From: Eledone cirrhosa
Lineage: Eukaryota
Reading direction: 5' to 3'
Assembly (NCBI GenBank): GCA_964016885.1
Contig: OZ024742.1
Span: forward strand, 357,740,001-357,804,000
Length of the DNA: 64,000 bases
The translations under genes and the position numbers were made by a program. Positions 10,066 through 21,199 of this stretch are shown piece after piece. The notes under the pieces were generated by a model. It was given only the letters and a program-made list of their open reading frames with translations. It did no database searches and was not told where the DNA came from. Numbering within the stretch: the first letter of the stretch is position 1; each line of letters begins with the position of its first letter.

Positions 10066-12262
10066 AGTGACGGAGTGGCGGAGGCGAAAAGTGGCAACAA
10101 GTCCACGATTCGGTCTTTGAAGGACCAAGACGGACGCGTGATACGTGAGCCGAAGCAAATGTGCGCGGCCTTTCAGCGGCACTTTGCTCAACTGTTCGGG
10201 CAGGGAGGGGCTATGGATTTCGGTTCATACCTCGACGGCCTACCGCGACTCTCGGACATCGAGGCGAAGTTCTGCGAAAGGCCGCTGAGATAGGGGACGC
10301 GCTGAGCCAATGCGGCAAACGCAAATCTCCAGGTCTCGACGGTCTACCCTACGAATTTTACGTAGCAATCCCGGACTTGTTCTCCGGTCTCCTGGAAGCG
10401 GTCTACTGCAACTAGCAGCAGAACGGAAGAATTCCCAGTTCTGTGACCAAAGGCGTAATCACGTTAGTCAGGAAGGACGAGAACAAGGGGGATGACATAG
10501 GCAACTTCCGGCCCATAACTTTGCTCAACACAGAGTTACGGATTTTGGCCAAGGTGTTAGCAAAGAGGCTGGCGCTTGTCGTCGAAAACCTGGTGCGAGA
10601 AACGCAGATATGTGCATCCCGACCAGGTCCATACACGACAACCTCCACCTCATGCGATACATCATAGAAAGGGTAGGGTGTAAACCCGGCTTCGGTGGGG
10701 TCCTGATCAACTTGGATCAGTCTAAGGCTTTCGATAGGGTTGACCATCGTTACCTGGATGCGGTGCTCGAGGCGGCAGGCATCGGTCCCGTGTTCAGGGG
10801 CTGGATTGCTGCAATGCACAACAGCAACATCTGCTCAAGGGTCAAGGTGAACGGCTACCTCTCGGAGCCGTTCCATATCACGCGATCTATCCGACAGGGA
10901 TGCCCTCTCTCCTCCCTTCTGTACGTACTGACTCTCGATCCACTACTGCGGAAGTTGGAGCTATTGTAGGGCTTCCCTTTGGAACCGTGACTGCGAAAGG
11001 CGGCGTCGGCCTACGCCGACGACGTTACAGTAATGGTGTCGAGCACCTCGCAAATCGGGAAGATCGGCACCTTACTGGAGGAATACGAAAGGTTCACAGG
11101 AGCGAAGCTGAACCGGGACAAATCCGCCGGTTTGCAACTCGGGACGTGTAGAGGCAAACCGATGCCTTCCGATGACGTCGTCGGACGCTGGACGGAAGGA
11201 CCGGTAAAGATGATCGGGGTCTGGTTTGGTACTGACCTCCAGGTGGAGAAGAACTGGAACGAAGTGACGGCCAAGGTGTTTGCGCTCACCCAGAAGTGGG
11301 CCGAGTGCAAACTATCCTTGAAAGGTCGAGCGGAGGCGGCGAACACTTTTATAGCGTCCGTCATCTACTACCGCTTGACCGTTGTGCCTTGTCCAGCCAA
11401 AACGCTCACCAAAATGGAGCGCGCGCTCTTCCAATTCCTTTGGAAGAAACGGGCTCCTTTGGTGAGAAGATCCATCTGCTTCCAACACCCTTCAAACGGA
11501 GGGCTGGGGATGCCGTGGCTGACGATGCGCAAACACGCACTCAGGCTGCGGCACCTCCACGTATTCCTCACCAGACAACCGGTGTGGGCCCCGTTCGTGA
11601 GGTGAGCCTTCCCACGACTCGTCTCGCTGACCGAGCTGCAGACCTGGGTCAATCAAAGACCGAGGAAAATGGGTGACTGGCATATCGAATGTGCTCAGGC
11701 GTTCACAGTCCTCTGGCAAACGGACCCAGCGATCAGTGGAGACTCCACTTCGACATTCTATAGAGGGTTGGTCCGCAGCAAGTGCGACGACACGCTCGGA
11801 GAAACTCCAGGCGTAGAGGAGGACGAACTGGTCAGTCTGTTCGGTAGGACCTTCCGCCCGGGACCAATGGACAACGTCCAAAAGTCGCTGGCCTGGCAGT
11901 GCTACCGAGGAGCTCTACCAGTTCGAGACAAGCTCTACAGACACGGGCGCCCGGGTAGGGATCCTTCGAAAAAGATCTGTCCGAGATGCGTGCGCGACGA
12001 GGAAACTGTCGCACACGCATTTGTACACTGCCCGGGCGTTACCGACCTGTGGGGCTATGTAGAACGACTATTGTCGCGGGTGGGACCAATCCAGTTGACC
12101 ACCGAATCCATTGTCATGATCAAACCGCCACCCTCCTTCAAAGACGAGGGAGAGGCGGTTTTCCTATGTGTTATGGCTATGGTGAAAGAGGTTATATAGT
12201 GGACGAGGTTAAAAGGGCAGAGGTCAGACACCTTTCTCTCCGGCGAACAACTGATTCGTTTT
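10066..12262 (+). pseudogene. Tx1/L1 ORF2: RT and C-terminal zinc finger, endonuclease absent
   Basis: Motifs KSPGLDGLPYEFY, NFRPITLLN, LDQSKAFDRVDH, IRQGCPLS, AYADD (~11008-11022), LSLKGR, GGLGMP and CPRC...ETVAHAFVHC. There are several stops and frameshifts. Confidence 0.92.
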
Positions 12263-12382
12263 TGGGGGATTTCAATTGTTATTTGTTATTGTAATAATAG
12301 TTTTATTTTCATATACCTGTATGTAAACTCCCTATTTGTATTTGTCCCCTTCTCTTGTGCCCTTGTGGCTAATAAAGAAATT

Positions 12383-12526
<144 letters not shown>

Positions 12527-12612
12527 GGAGGTGAGTTTTATTGTAGTACAATAAAGCAATGCAGATATCGGATAAGAAGCACTCTACAGTTTGTGGGACT
12601 GGAGTATGCATA

Positions 12613-12644
<32 letters not shown>

Positions 12645-12782
12645 GGGATAACAAGTTATCGTTATAGGTAATCCACGTCGTGGATAGTTTTAACGTACGG
12701 CCTTGTTTGACTCAACAAGATTCTTCCATAGATATGCAGCAAGTTCGCGGTAATTTCTATGTAGGTTATACTTGGAGAAATA

Positions 12783-13183
12783 ATAGTTAAAGAAAGAAGA
12801 GTAACATGGTTGGCTGTACAATAAGGGGCTTTATTTAAAGTACTGACAATCGTTGATCAGGTGAGTCTAGAGTTCGCTAATCGTTTGAAGTTGCGTCACT
12901 CGATCTCCAATACATTATTTACCTCTGGTCAACACATCAGAGTACGTAGATATAAAAATAATTCACTCGAGGCAAGACTTATATAGAAATTCGAGGGAAT
13001 TATCTTTATATCTACGTGCTCTAATGTGTTGACCAGGGGTAAATAATGTATTGGAGATCGAGTGACGCAACCTCAAGCGATTAGCGAACTCTAGACTCAC
13101 CTGATCAACGAAACAATTGTCAGTACTTTAAATAAAGCCCCTTATTGTACAGCCAACCATGTTACTCTTCTTTCTTTAACTAT
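12783..13183. mobile_element. ~400-bp palindrome, probably a head-to-head pair of Penelope-like element 3' ends
   Basis: Arms 12783-12970 and 12991-13183 are near-perfect reverse complements with a ~20-nt spacer. The right arm has a hammerhead-like motif followed by AATAAA and (TA)n. Confidence 0.7.
13016..13126 (+). ncRNA. Type I minimal hammerhead-ribozyme-like motif (degenerate, long stem II)
   Basis: GTGCT-CTAATGT-GTTGACCAGG...CCTGATCAAC-GAAA-C-AATT-GTC-AGTAC. The opposite arm supplies GTACT-CTGATGT. Confidence 0.6.
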
Positions 13184-13199
13184 ATATATATATATATAT

Positions 13200-13660
13200 G
13201 GCATACGTCAAAACGGCCGGTCTGAAAAGTGAAACTAATTTTTGACAGTTACGTTCACTCACTCATCTGAATAGATTTGTGTATATATAGTCCTATATAA
13301 ACTTTGAGATGACTATAATGCAGACACACGCAATTGTATGGATTTATTAATATATATATATATGTGGGTGTGTATATGTGTGTATATATATATGTGTGTG
13401 TTTGTATATATATATATATATATGTGTGTTTGTATATATATATGTGTGTTTGTATATATATATGTGTTTGTATATATATATATGTGTGTATATGTGTACA
13501 TATACATACATATATATGTTGTACATGTGTATATACATCTATAAGTTTGTGGATGTGTGTAAAAAAATATCACGTATTCACAATCCAAATTGAAAATAAT
13601 GACGTACGTAACTGTCAAAAATTAGTTTCACTTTTGAGACCGGCCGTTTTGACGTATGCC
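13200..13660. mobile_element. Non-autonomous TIR element (MITE) inserted in (TA)n, with internal microsatellite expansion
   Basis: ~55-bp TIRs GGCATACGTCAAAACGGCCGGTCT.AAAAGTGAAACTAATTTT(T)GACAGTTACGT at 13200-13254 and 13606-13660, with (TA)n on both sides. Confidence 0.85.
13348..13535. repeat. (TA)n/(TG)n compound microsatellite
   Basis: Read directly. Confidence 0.9.
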
Positions 13661-14579
13661 TATATATATATATATATATATATATGTAGAAGTTGTATTT
13701 AATTTGTGGAAGTCCGACAAACATAAATGTTTATAACTGATTTAGAGCACTCAACAGTTTACTGGAGTAAATATTCCATGATATTAAATAAATGGAAACT
13801 ATATTTATAAAACCATATTTATTTTATAATATATATTTCAAGGGCAACCAAGACAACATTGGTGCGCTTTCATCAGATAAAATACAAAGTTTGTTTTATA
13901 AATAGAGACGTACCCATGAAAATTCTACCTTATCGGTTGGAAATTCACTGGATAGTGGAAACATATTAGGGATTATTCAAACTTATGTGTGAATATGCAA
14001 ATGAATGTGTAAATAATTGAAAAAACAACCGTTTATTTAAATGACACTGGAGAAAGATAGGGAAGAAAGAAAGAAAAAAAAAGAGAGAGAAAAGATATTA
14101 ATATTACGAGATAGATAGAGAGAAGAAATTTTCAAGAGGATGATTAGAACTCATGTAACGTAAATATGGGGGAATAAATTTTAAGTTTATATCTAATAAT
14201 GGTACATATATTTACTATTATTTAGTTGTTAGAATTCTTTTTAATATAATATTTACTGTTATAATTAGATACAAAAATAAATAGATATATATAGAAAATT
14301 AATATATATAAAAATTAGATAGAGAATACATGGAAAAATAAATAGATAGAAAAATAAGTAGAAAAATAAATAGAAAAAATAAAAGAATAAATCAATAAAT
14401 AGATAAATAGATAGATAAATGGATATATGGGTATATCGTGTTATAGATAATTGTTTTAATGAGTTATGAGGGATATTGGTTTATATTTAATGTAAGTAAT
14501 TAAGTTAACTGAGTTAATAAGAATATTTATATTTATATTTTTAAATATTTTAAATTGGGAAGAGACACCTACACACATA

Positions 14580-14614
<35 letters not shown>

Positions 14615-15044
14615 GTCTTTCCATTTTTTCCCATTGTCTTTGTCTTGTGTGCACCCCATTTTTTAATATACATGTACATACATATATATGTGTGTGTGCA
14701 TGAGTGTCTTTATATGAGGGGCCCCCAATCTAGATTGCCCTGGTCCCTCCAAAAGTCAAAATCTGGTCCTTTCTATTGTAGATGCTTAAGGATTTGAATC
14801 TCTGGCAGGTTATTAAATTTGTATAAGAAACACATGGACATCACTGACTGTCAGATTGAATAAAGTGTTCCTAACAATAAGGGGAAAATAACTAAACAAA
14901 ATGGAATTGATATACAGAAACTGGTGTGCTACCTTAGGCAAATAAGGCATAAAAACTAGAACATGTTTAGAGTTGTGATTGAAGTTTTAATGTTCAAACT
15001 CACACACACACTACATTGTATATTTTAATTAACTAAAACTCCTG

Positions 15045-15432
15045 AAGCTGCTGAAATGGGGTTCCTCTGAAGAGTCTTTGGAGTAACATCATTCAATAGA
15101 TGAATAGAGTGTGTAGCTCAGAGATCAAAGAGTCACTCCAGGTAGAGCCACTAATTTTCCAAATTGAAAGATAACAGCTCTGATATTATGGTCATGTGGT
15201 TATAATGTCTCAGGAACAAATCGCTGGACAGATTTTATGGGAAAAACCAATCTGCAAAAGACTGAGGAGTAGACCTTGAGCAAGATAGTTGAATAACATC
15301 CATGAGCTCAGCTGATCTCACTTGGGCATCCAGCCAGATCAACTGGAAATTGTTGCTTTTGACAAGACATGCTGTAAGTGTTTGATGACTCTGCCACCAC
15401 GATCCTCTCAGGAATATGTGGGGGATGAAGAA
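15045..15432 (+). mobile_element. RTE-clade (Expander-like) LINE 3' fragment, decayed
   Basis: Translates as AAEMGFL*RVFGVT...SSEIKESLQVEPLIFQIER*QL*YYGHVV...RP*AR...SHLGIQP...LPPRS. Confidence 0.8.
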
Positions 15433-15559
15433 AAGGAGATAACCTCTCTGCCCTATTTAATCCTAGCTGATCATTTAGTTAATAATTTGTCCTCATTAGT
15501 AAATGTATAATTTAAATTGATAAAACATTTCTTTGTTTGTATTTGTGAGTTTTATATCA

Positions 15560-15742
15560 AATAATTGTTTCTACTTTCGGCACAAGGCCAGCAGTTAACC
15601 AGTACATTGCTGGTACTTTATTTTATCAACGCCGTAAGGATGAAAGGCAAAGTTAACCTCGGTGGGATTTGAATTCAGTTCGTAAAAGGATGTAACTCTG
15701 TGCTGCAAAGCATGGCATCCGACCCTCTATCGATACTGCCAA
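15560..15742 (-). mobile_element. tRNA-derived SINE
   Basis: Homologous along its length to 1191-1370. Confidence 0.85.
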
Positions 15743-16458
15743 CATTCGGTTTGTTTGCAAGCAATCAGCCTCATTATGTATGTCTTTTAGATAACCATCG
15801 CCATCCTTTTGTTCTAGCGGTGACAGAGAGAAACAATCGACAATATTGTTTCTGGGTTATTGCCCTTTGTTAAGATTGTGTATTTTTTCTCTGTCACTGA
15901 CTAGAACTCTTGAGAATATATAGTATTCTCTAAAGTATCTGCTATGTTACAGTGAAAAACCAAATTCTAATTTCTTGGTTTACTCTATCAAATATTCTTG
16001 CAGTTACTTTACTAGTTTAGAATAGTATATTTAAACAAAAGCAAATATGTCCATTCTTTACATCCATACATTTTGGCATATGTATGACAAACAAAATATC
16101 ATACATAAAGGAAATAGCTGCTTGTTGGCTTTTTATGATTTTAATAAAACAACTGCATCTAGACATTGAGTTTCCTTTCAAATAAACAACATCGTAAATA
16201 TAAGGTAATATATTAATAAAGATAAAACATTCCAGATGCTCTCTTATTAATTCATGTTCAGATGGATTTTTGCAAAGTGTCTTTGGGAGGTAAAAAATGG
16301 TTTCATAAAAGGAATTTACACATGGTGATTAATATATTATTAATGTATTCTTCTGGTCTGCAAGCAATGTTTCTTTGCCAGTTTATATTCTACATGATTG
16401 AATGACACAATGGTATTTTTTTATAGTTTTTAATATAATATTTATTTTTGTAATTCAA

Positions 16459-16489
16459 ATACACAGACACACACATATACGCATACACA

Positions 16490-16521
<32 letters not shown>

Positions 16522-16680
16522 GATACACACACAAACACACACTCAAACACACACACACACAAGACAGGCACACATAAACATTGACATTCACACACACAGA
16601 GAGACACACACGCACACACCATCACACACATACTCACAAACACACACTCAAACACACAGACACACACATTTCACACACAT
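16459..16680. repeat. Degenerate (CA)n microsatellite
   Basis: Read directly. Confidence 0.9.
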
Positions 16681-16905
16681 ATATGAAAGTACAAATGTTA
16701 ATCCTGACAATACTTTTATAATATTGGAAACTAATGTTTTTTCCTTACTCAATACATATTAATGTTATGATACAGCTTCAATAAACAATGTCTACCACCA
16801 TTTTGTTTTCTTTTAAGTTACAACCACATTTATAATGTTGATACAGCTCTTTAAAAAGGCATGTGCACCACACCTGCATATGGTGTTGTATTATATACAC
16901 AGTTT

Positions 16906-17069
16906 ACAGGTATATATACTGGTACTTTATTTTATCGACCTCGCTAGGATAAAAGGCAAGGTCAAATCCCGCTGAGGTTAACTTTGCCTTTTATCCTTAC
17001 GGTGTCGATAAAATAAAGTACCAGTAATACACTGCGATAATTGCTGTCCTTGTGCCAAAAGTAGAAACA
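16906..17069 (+). mobile_element. 5'-truncated SINE preceded by an inverted duplicate of its own body (fold-back)
   Basis: 16917-16965 is the reverse complement of ~16976-17026. A 16-bp direct repeat, ATTATATACACAGTTT, lies at 16890-16905 and 17070-17085. Confidence 0.75.
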
Positions 17070-17118
17070 ATTATATACACAGTTTTGTAAACTCTGAAAC
17101 ACACACACATACACATAT

Positions 17119-17867
17119 ACAGATCTTGGGTACACAAGAGATGTAGTGGGATAGCAGGCAAACTAACAGGTAGGGAAAACTACGAATGCAGTAGATGTAC
17201 AGCGAAAGTTGACCATAGAAGTCGCAGTGATAGCCATGTTTTTTCAAATGCAGTTAGGTTCTATAGAGATGGTTGATAGCTTCCAATACCTAGGTGATCA
17301 GATTAGCAAGGGAGGAGAGTGTTCCGAGACCATAGTATCTAGAATAAGGATGGATTGGAAGAAGTTTAGGGAGCTGCTTCCCCTTTGAAGAGTTTCTCTC
17401 TACAAATGAAATGCCGGTTATATGATGCCTGTGTGAGATGCACAATGCTGCATGGTAGTGAGACATGGGCAGCAATGGCTAGAGAGAAATGAAGCAAGCA
17501 TGCTCTGATGGATGTGCAATGTCAATGTGAGTGAACAACCAAGAATAGATGAGTTGATAGAGAAACTGTCTATCAGAGGGATTAACTGTAGTGTGTGGGA
17601 GAGAAGACTGCGTTGGTATGGACATGTGATGCACATGGAGGATGACCGCTGTGTAAAGAAGTGCTAAGAAATCCCAGTGGAAGGAAGATGCAGTAGAGGA
17701 AGACCACAAAAACCATGGGCAGAGGTGGTGAGAGATGACCTCAGATCGCTGAAGTTCACAGAGGAGCTGATGAAGGACCGTGATGAATGGAGAGATGCTG
17801 TGCTGAATAGGACCCATCCCACCCTTGCAAGCAGGGAAAAGCAGATGTAAAAGGATGATGATGATGG
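17119..17867 (+). mobile_element. RTE-clade LINE 3' fragment with Cys/His finger and (GAT)n tail
   Basis: Motifs WVHKRCSGIAGKL...YECSRC, VDSFQYLGDQIS, RIRMDWKKFRELLP, RRLRWYGHVMHM and RGRPQKPW, followed by the tail gatgatgatgatg. Confidence 0.85.
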
Positions 17868-19435
17868 TATATGAAGACTATTTATTTACTTTACTGGTTT
17901 CACAGTTCCTATGATTATCTAAAGTTAAATTGAGATGGAGGGTTTGTGTTTCTGTTGTGGTATCTATCATCTAACTAGACCTCAAAAACATTCTTTCTGT
18001 TTTATACTTTTTTTTTGTATAAAATAGAAAGAATTTTCAAACTTTAGTTAAATGCAAGACACACCACAACAAAAAACAAATTCTCCATCTCAAATTTACT
18101 TTTGATAAGCAACAGAATTGTGAAACCAGTAAAATAAATAAATATTCTTAAAAGACTTGAGGTGCATTTTGAAATTCTTTCCCTTTTATATAAGGAAAAA
18201 TGATGATGGTATATATATATTGCAAAAAAAAAAAAATATATATGTATATAGTTTCTTTCATCATTTTTAATGTATATTTTCCCTGCTGTGTGTGATTGCA
18301 TCGTTATATGTACAGGTGTACATTCGTGTGTCAAGTTACATTCCTTCATACAATGTAAGTTGGTGATCTCATAAACAGTGTAAGAGATGGAGAGAGACAG
18401 AGTATGATATACAGTCAGAAAGACAAGGTGACAGACAAATTGATAATGAAGATGGGCTGGGTTTTTTATTTACTAGGAATATAATGTTACATTTAAATTA
18501 AAAATAGCTTTTTTTATGATGTTCATACTTTTCTTAAAAACACTGACTCCGTCAAAATATAAAAATTAGAACACAGATTTTATTTAGCGAGAACTGTCTC
18601 ACCACCATCTGACATTCACACATTTATGCAGTATCACAACTATAGACAAAATGAAATTATTTCCATCAACTTTTTTTATATTTCACCTTTTCTGGCACAT
18701 TATATTATAAAGTAATCTTCATTGTTGTTTAAGTACCAGAAATGTTATCAATGTAAATATATAATATTGTATGATCTTCAAAATATATTTACTTATTTCC
18801 ATAGATTTCAAACTAGCACAGAAAGGCAGTAAGTAAAAATAAATGAATGACACATTCTTGAAAAATTCATTCTGCTTTCAACTTTATAAAACATAAAATA
18901 GACTTAAAAGAAAGAAGTCACCAGGATTATATATTAAAAATTTGTATTCTTTTGTATTGATTTTAAAATTTTTTTTTTTAGCCTCCAAAATAATTCTGGA
19001 GGATCAATTCTTTATCTTTCTAATTTAAGAAAAGAATTTTAGGCATTTTGACATCATACTAAAAGCACATTTCCTTTTTTGGATACTTTAAAGATTGTTA
19101 TTGTTTTCTTCTTTTTCCTCTGGAGATTTTTTAAACGTGTATTTGATGTAATTCTATCTTGTTATATATCAAGTGTGGCAGTTATTCTGTCTTTGGGAGA
19201 TGTAAAAAAACGTCAGCAACTGTAAATGGAACACAAGTAGGTTTTTCAGTCTTTTGGTACTTCTGCCAATACTAAGATTGTTCATAGACTTCTTCATTCA
19301 AATTATCATGGGTAAAGTTCATATTGATGTTGCTGTTATTTTCTGGCCCTGGTGAAGTAAACCTATTAACAATAACTTTCCAGTCATAACATCCTATTGT
19401 TTGGTCTGGAATTGCTTATTTGACTGACAAGAACC

Positions 19436-19748
19436 CAGTGCCAAATTTAATGGAGGGCAAAGAGGGCAATTGCTCCAGGCTCCCTGAAATGGGGGGGGGG
19501 CGTTCCAGCGACAGCCGTAGCAATTTACTTGTGTCCTCAGCTGGGTTTTTTAGTTTTAGGATGGTAAGAATTTTTGAATTTAATATCTGTATGTATAACT
19601 TTTCAATTCCTATTGCATGCTAACTTTGATATGCAAAATGGGGTGAGTGTGGGGTGGGGTGGGGTGCTGTATATTCTAATTTTTTGTGTAAGAGGGTCTC
19701 CCCAAACTTGAAGTGCCCTGGGCCCTCCAAGGTCTAAATACAACCCTG
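19436..19748 (+). mobile_element. hAT MITE with perfect 8-bp TSD
   Basis: TSD CAAGAACC at 19428-19435 and 19749-19756. The decayed TIRs are CAGTGCCAAATTTA and TAAATACAACCCTG. Confidence 0.8.
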
Positions 19749-19826
19749 CAAGAACCCATTTCTTATCAAAACTAACCATCATCATATCTGGTAGTTAGAT
19801 CTCTCTGAGGAGTCTGCCTCCATAAC

Positions 19827-20096
19827 CAGAGTTGGATTTAGAACTTGGGGACTCGAGACACTTCAGGTTTGAAGGAGCCCCTCATAAAAAAAAAGATAGA
19901 ATACCCCCGCCCAATTTTACATATTAAAGTTAGCTTGCTGCAAGTAATTGGGATTAAATAAAAAAAATTCCAACCATCCTAAAACTAAAAAACCAGCTGA
20001 GGGCACAAATAAATTGCTATGGTCATCACCGGTAGGGCCCCCAACTGCGGGGACCCAGGACAATTGCCCCCTTGCTTCCTATTAAACCCGGCCCTA
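19827..20096 (-). mobile_element. hAT MITE, same family, opposite orientation
   Basis: TSD TCCATAAC/TCCAAAAC (7/8) and TIRs CAGAGTTGGATTTA and TAAACCCGGCCCTA. The internal ccatcctaaaactaaaaaaccagctgagg is the reverse complement of ~19533-19564. Confidence 0.8.
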
Positions 20097-20599
20097 TCCA
20101 AAACACACCCAGGAATAGGTGGGTAAAGAAAGGAAGTTTTCAAAAGTCAAATAATGATTTTCCTTTTTTGTTTTGCAATTAATTCATCTGTTCTACCCTT
20201 TTCTCAGTAATAGAATAAGTGTTGTGTGAGAAATTCGGTTTACAATGGGACTGTACATAAAACTGTTGTTCTCTAAAGTAAAAGTCATGTCCTGCATTTT
20301 CAACTTAATTTCACAAGCATCCAACATTCTTCTCCTTGCAAGATCCCATTCATATATTTTATCAATTTAAAATAAGGAGTTATCTGTCCTGTCTTTCTTG
20401 ACAATAGTTATCAGGAATACTTATGATATTTTTCCCATTCACTACAAATGAAAATTCGATTGAGTAAAAACAATGTTTTCTCTGGTTACCTTAATGATAT
20501 CAACTCCCACTTAACAAAAGCCATCCAAACAGAGGTCAGCGGAAGTGTATATTATATATTCATGTCCATTTGGTCATTAATCTAGCTTATAATATTGAT

Positions 20600-20790
20600 T
20601 TACAATTTAGTTACAGTGTGTCTCCCTCACCCTCCTCTGAAGAAATGCCTTCTCTATTCTGTCCACCAGGGCCATGGGGTGGCCAGTCTGCCAGGGCCTT
20701 GGGGAAGCCAGCTCACAGGCTCCCATTTGTTCATGATAGTGGGAGACGGGGAGAGCAGGAGAGACAGAGGCAGTGACAGTGGGAGTTTGG
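20600..20790. repeat. Unclassified interspersed repeat (second copy ~23955-24082)
   Basis: Both copies share tctccctcacc...aagaaa.g.cttctctattctgtc...cat.ggg..gcca...gggagagc..gagaga..gagg. Confidence 0.55.
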
Positions 20791-20864
20791 TTTCTTTTTG
20801 TTTGGATCTGGTGTATATATTTCATGGACACATAGTAACATTAATAAGATAAATAGATTTAGTT

Positions 20865-20953
20865 ACAAGGCTAGAACATTTTGGAAAAAGTAAAGTTAAT
20901 TAAATACTTAATTAAGTACTTAACTGGTACTTCATTTTATTGACCTTGGCAGG
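20865..20953 (-). mobile_element. Old SINE 3' fragment
   Basis: acaaggc...actggtactt.attttattgacc resembles the SINE body. Confidence 0.5.
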
Positions 20954-21199
20954 CTTTAAAACCAAAATGTAGATAACTATTTTGTTTTGGTGACACAGTT
21001 AACTTCATTCGCTATAGATTATAGTATTATCTTTACATTTGAATTATTGATTGCTGTAATTAAAAATACAATTCCAAAGTGTCTTTATAGAAATATTTCT
21101 ACAAAGCAATAAGGAAATGAAGAATAAAAGAAAAAGAAAAGAAATAAAATGAGAAAGGAAATTAAGCAAAGGAAAAAGGAGGAAGGAAGGGTGTACACC

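Larger units (their letters stand above)
5445..12382 (+). mobile_element. Tx1/L1-clade non-LTR retrotransposon, endonuclease-deleted, interrupted by a Gypsy element
   Basis: ORF1 pieces lie at ~5640-6361 and 9233-10065, with a CCHC knuckle. RT and a C-terminal zinc finger span 10065-12260. AATAAA is at ~12371 and both ends lie in TATC/TC repeats. Confidence 0.88.
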
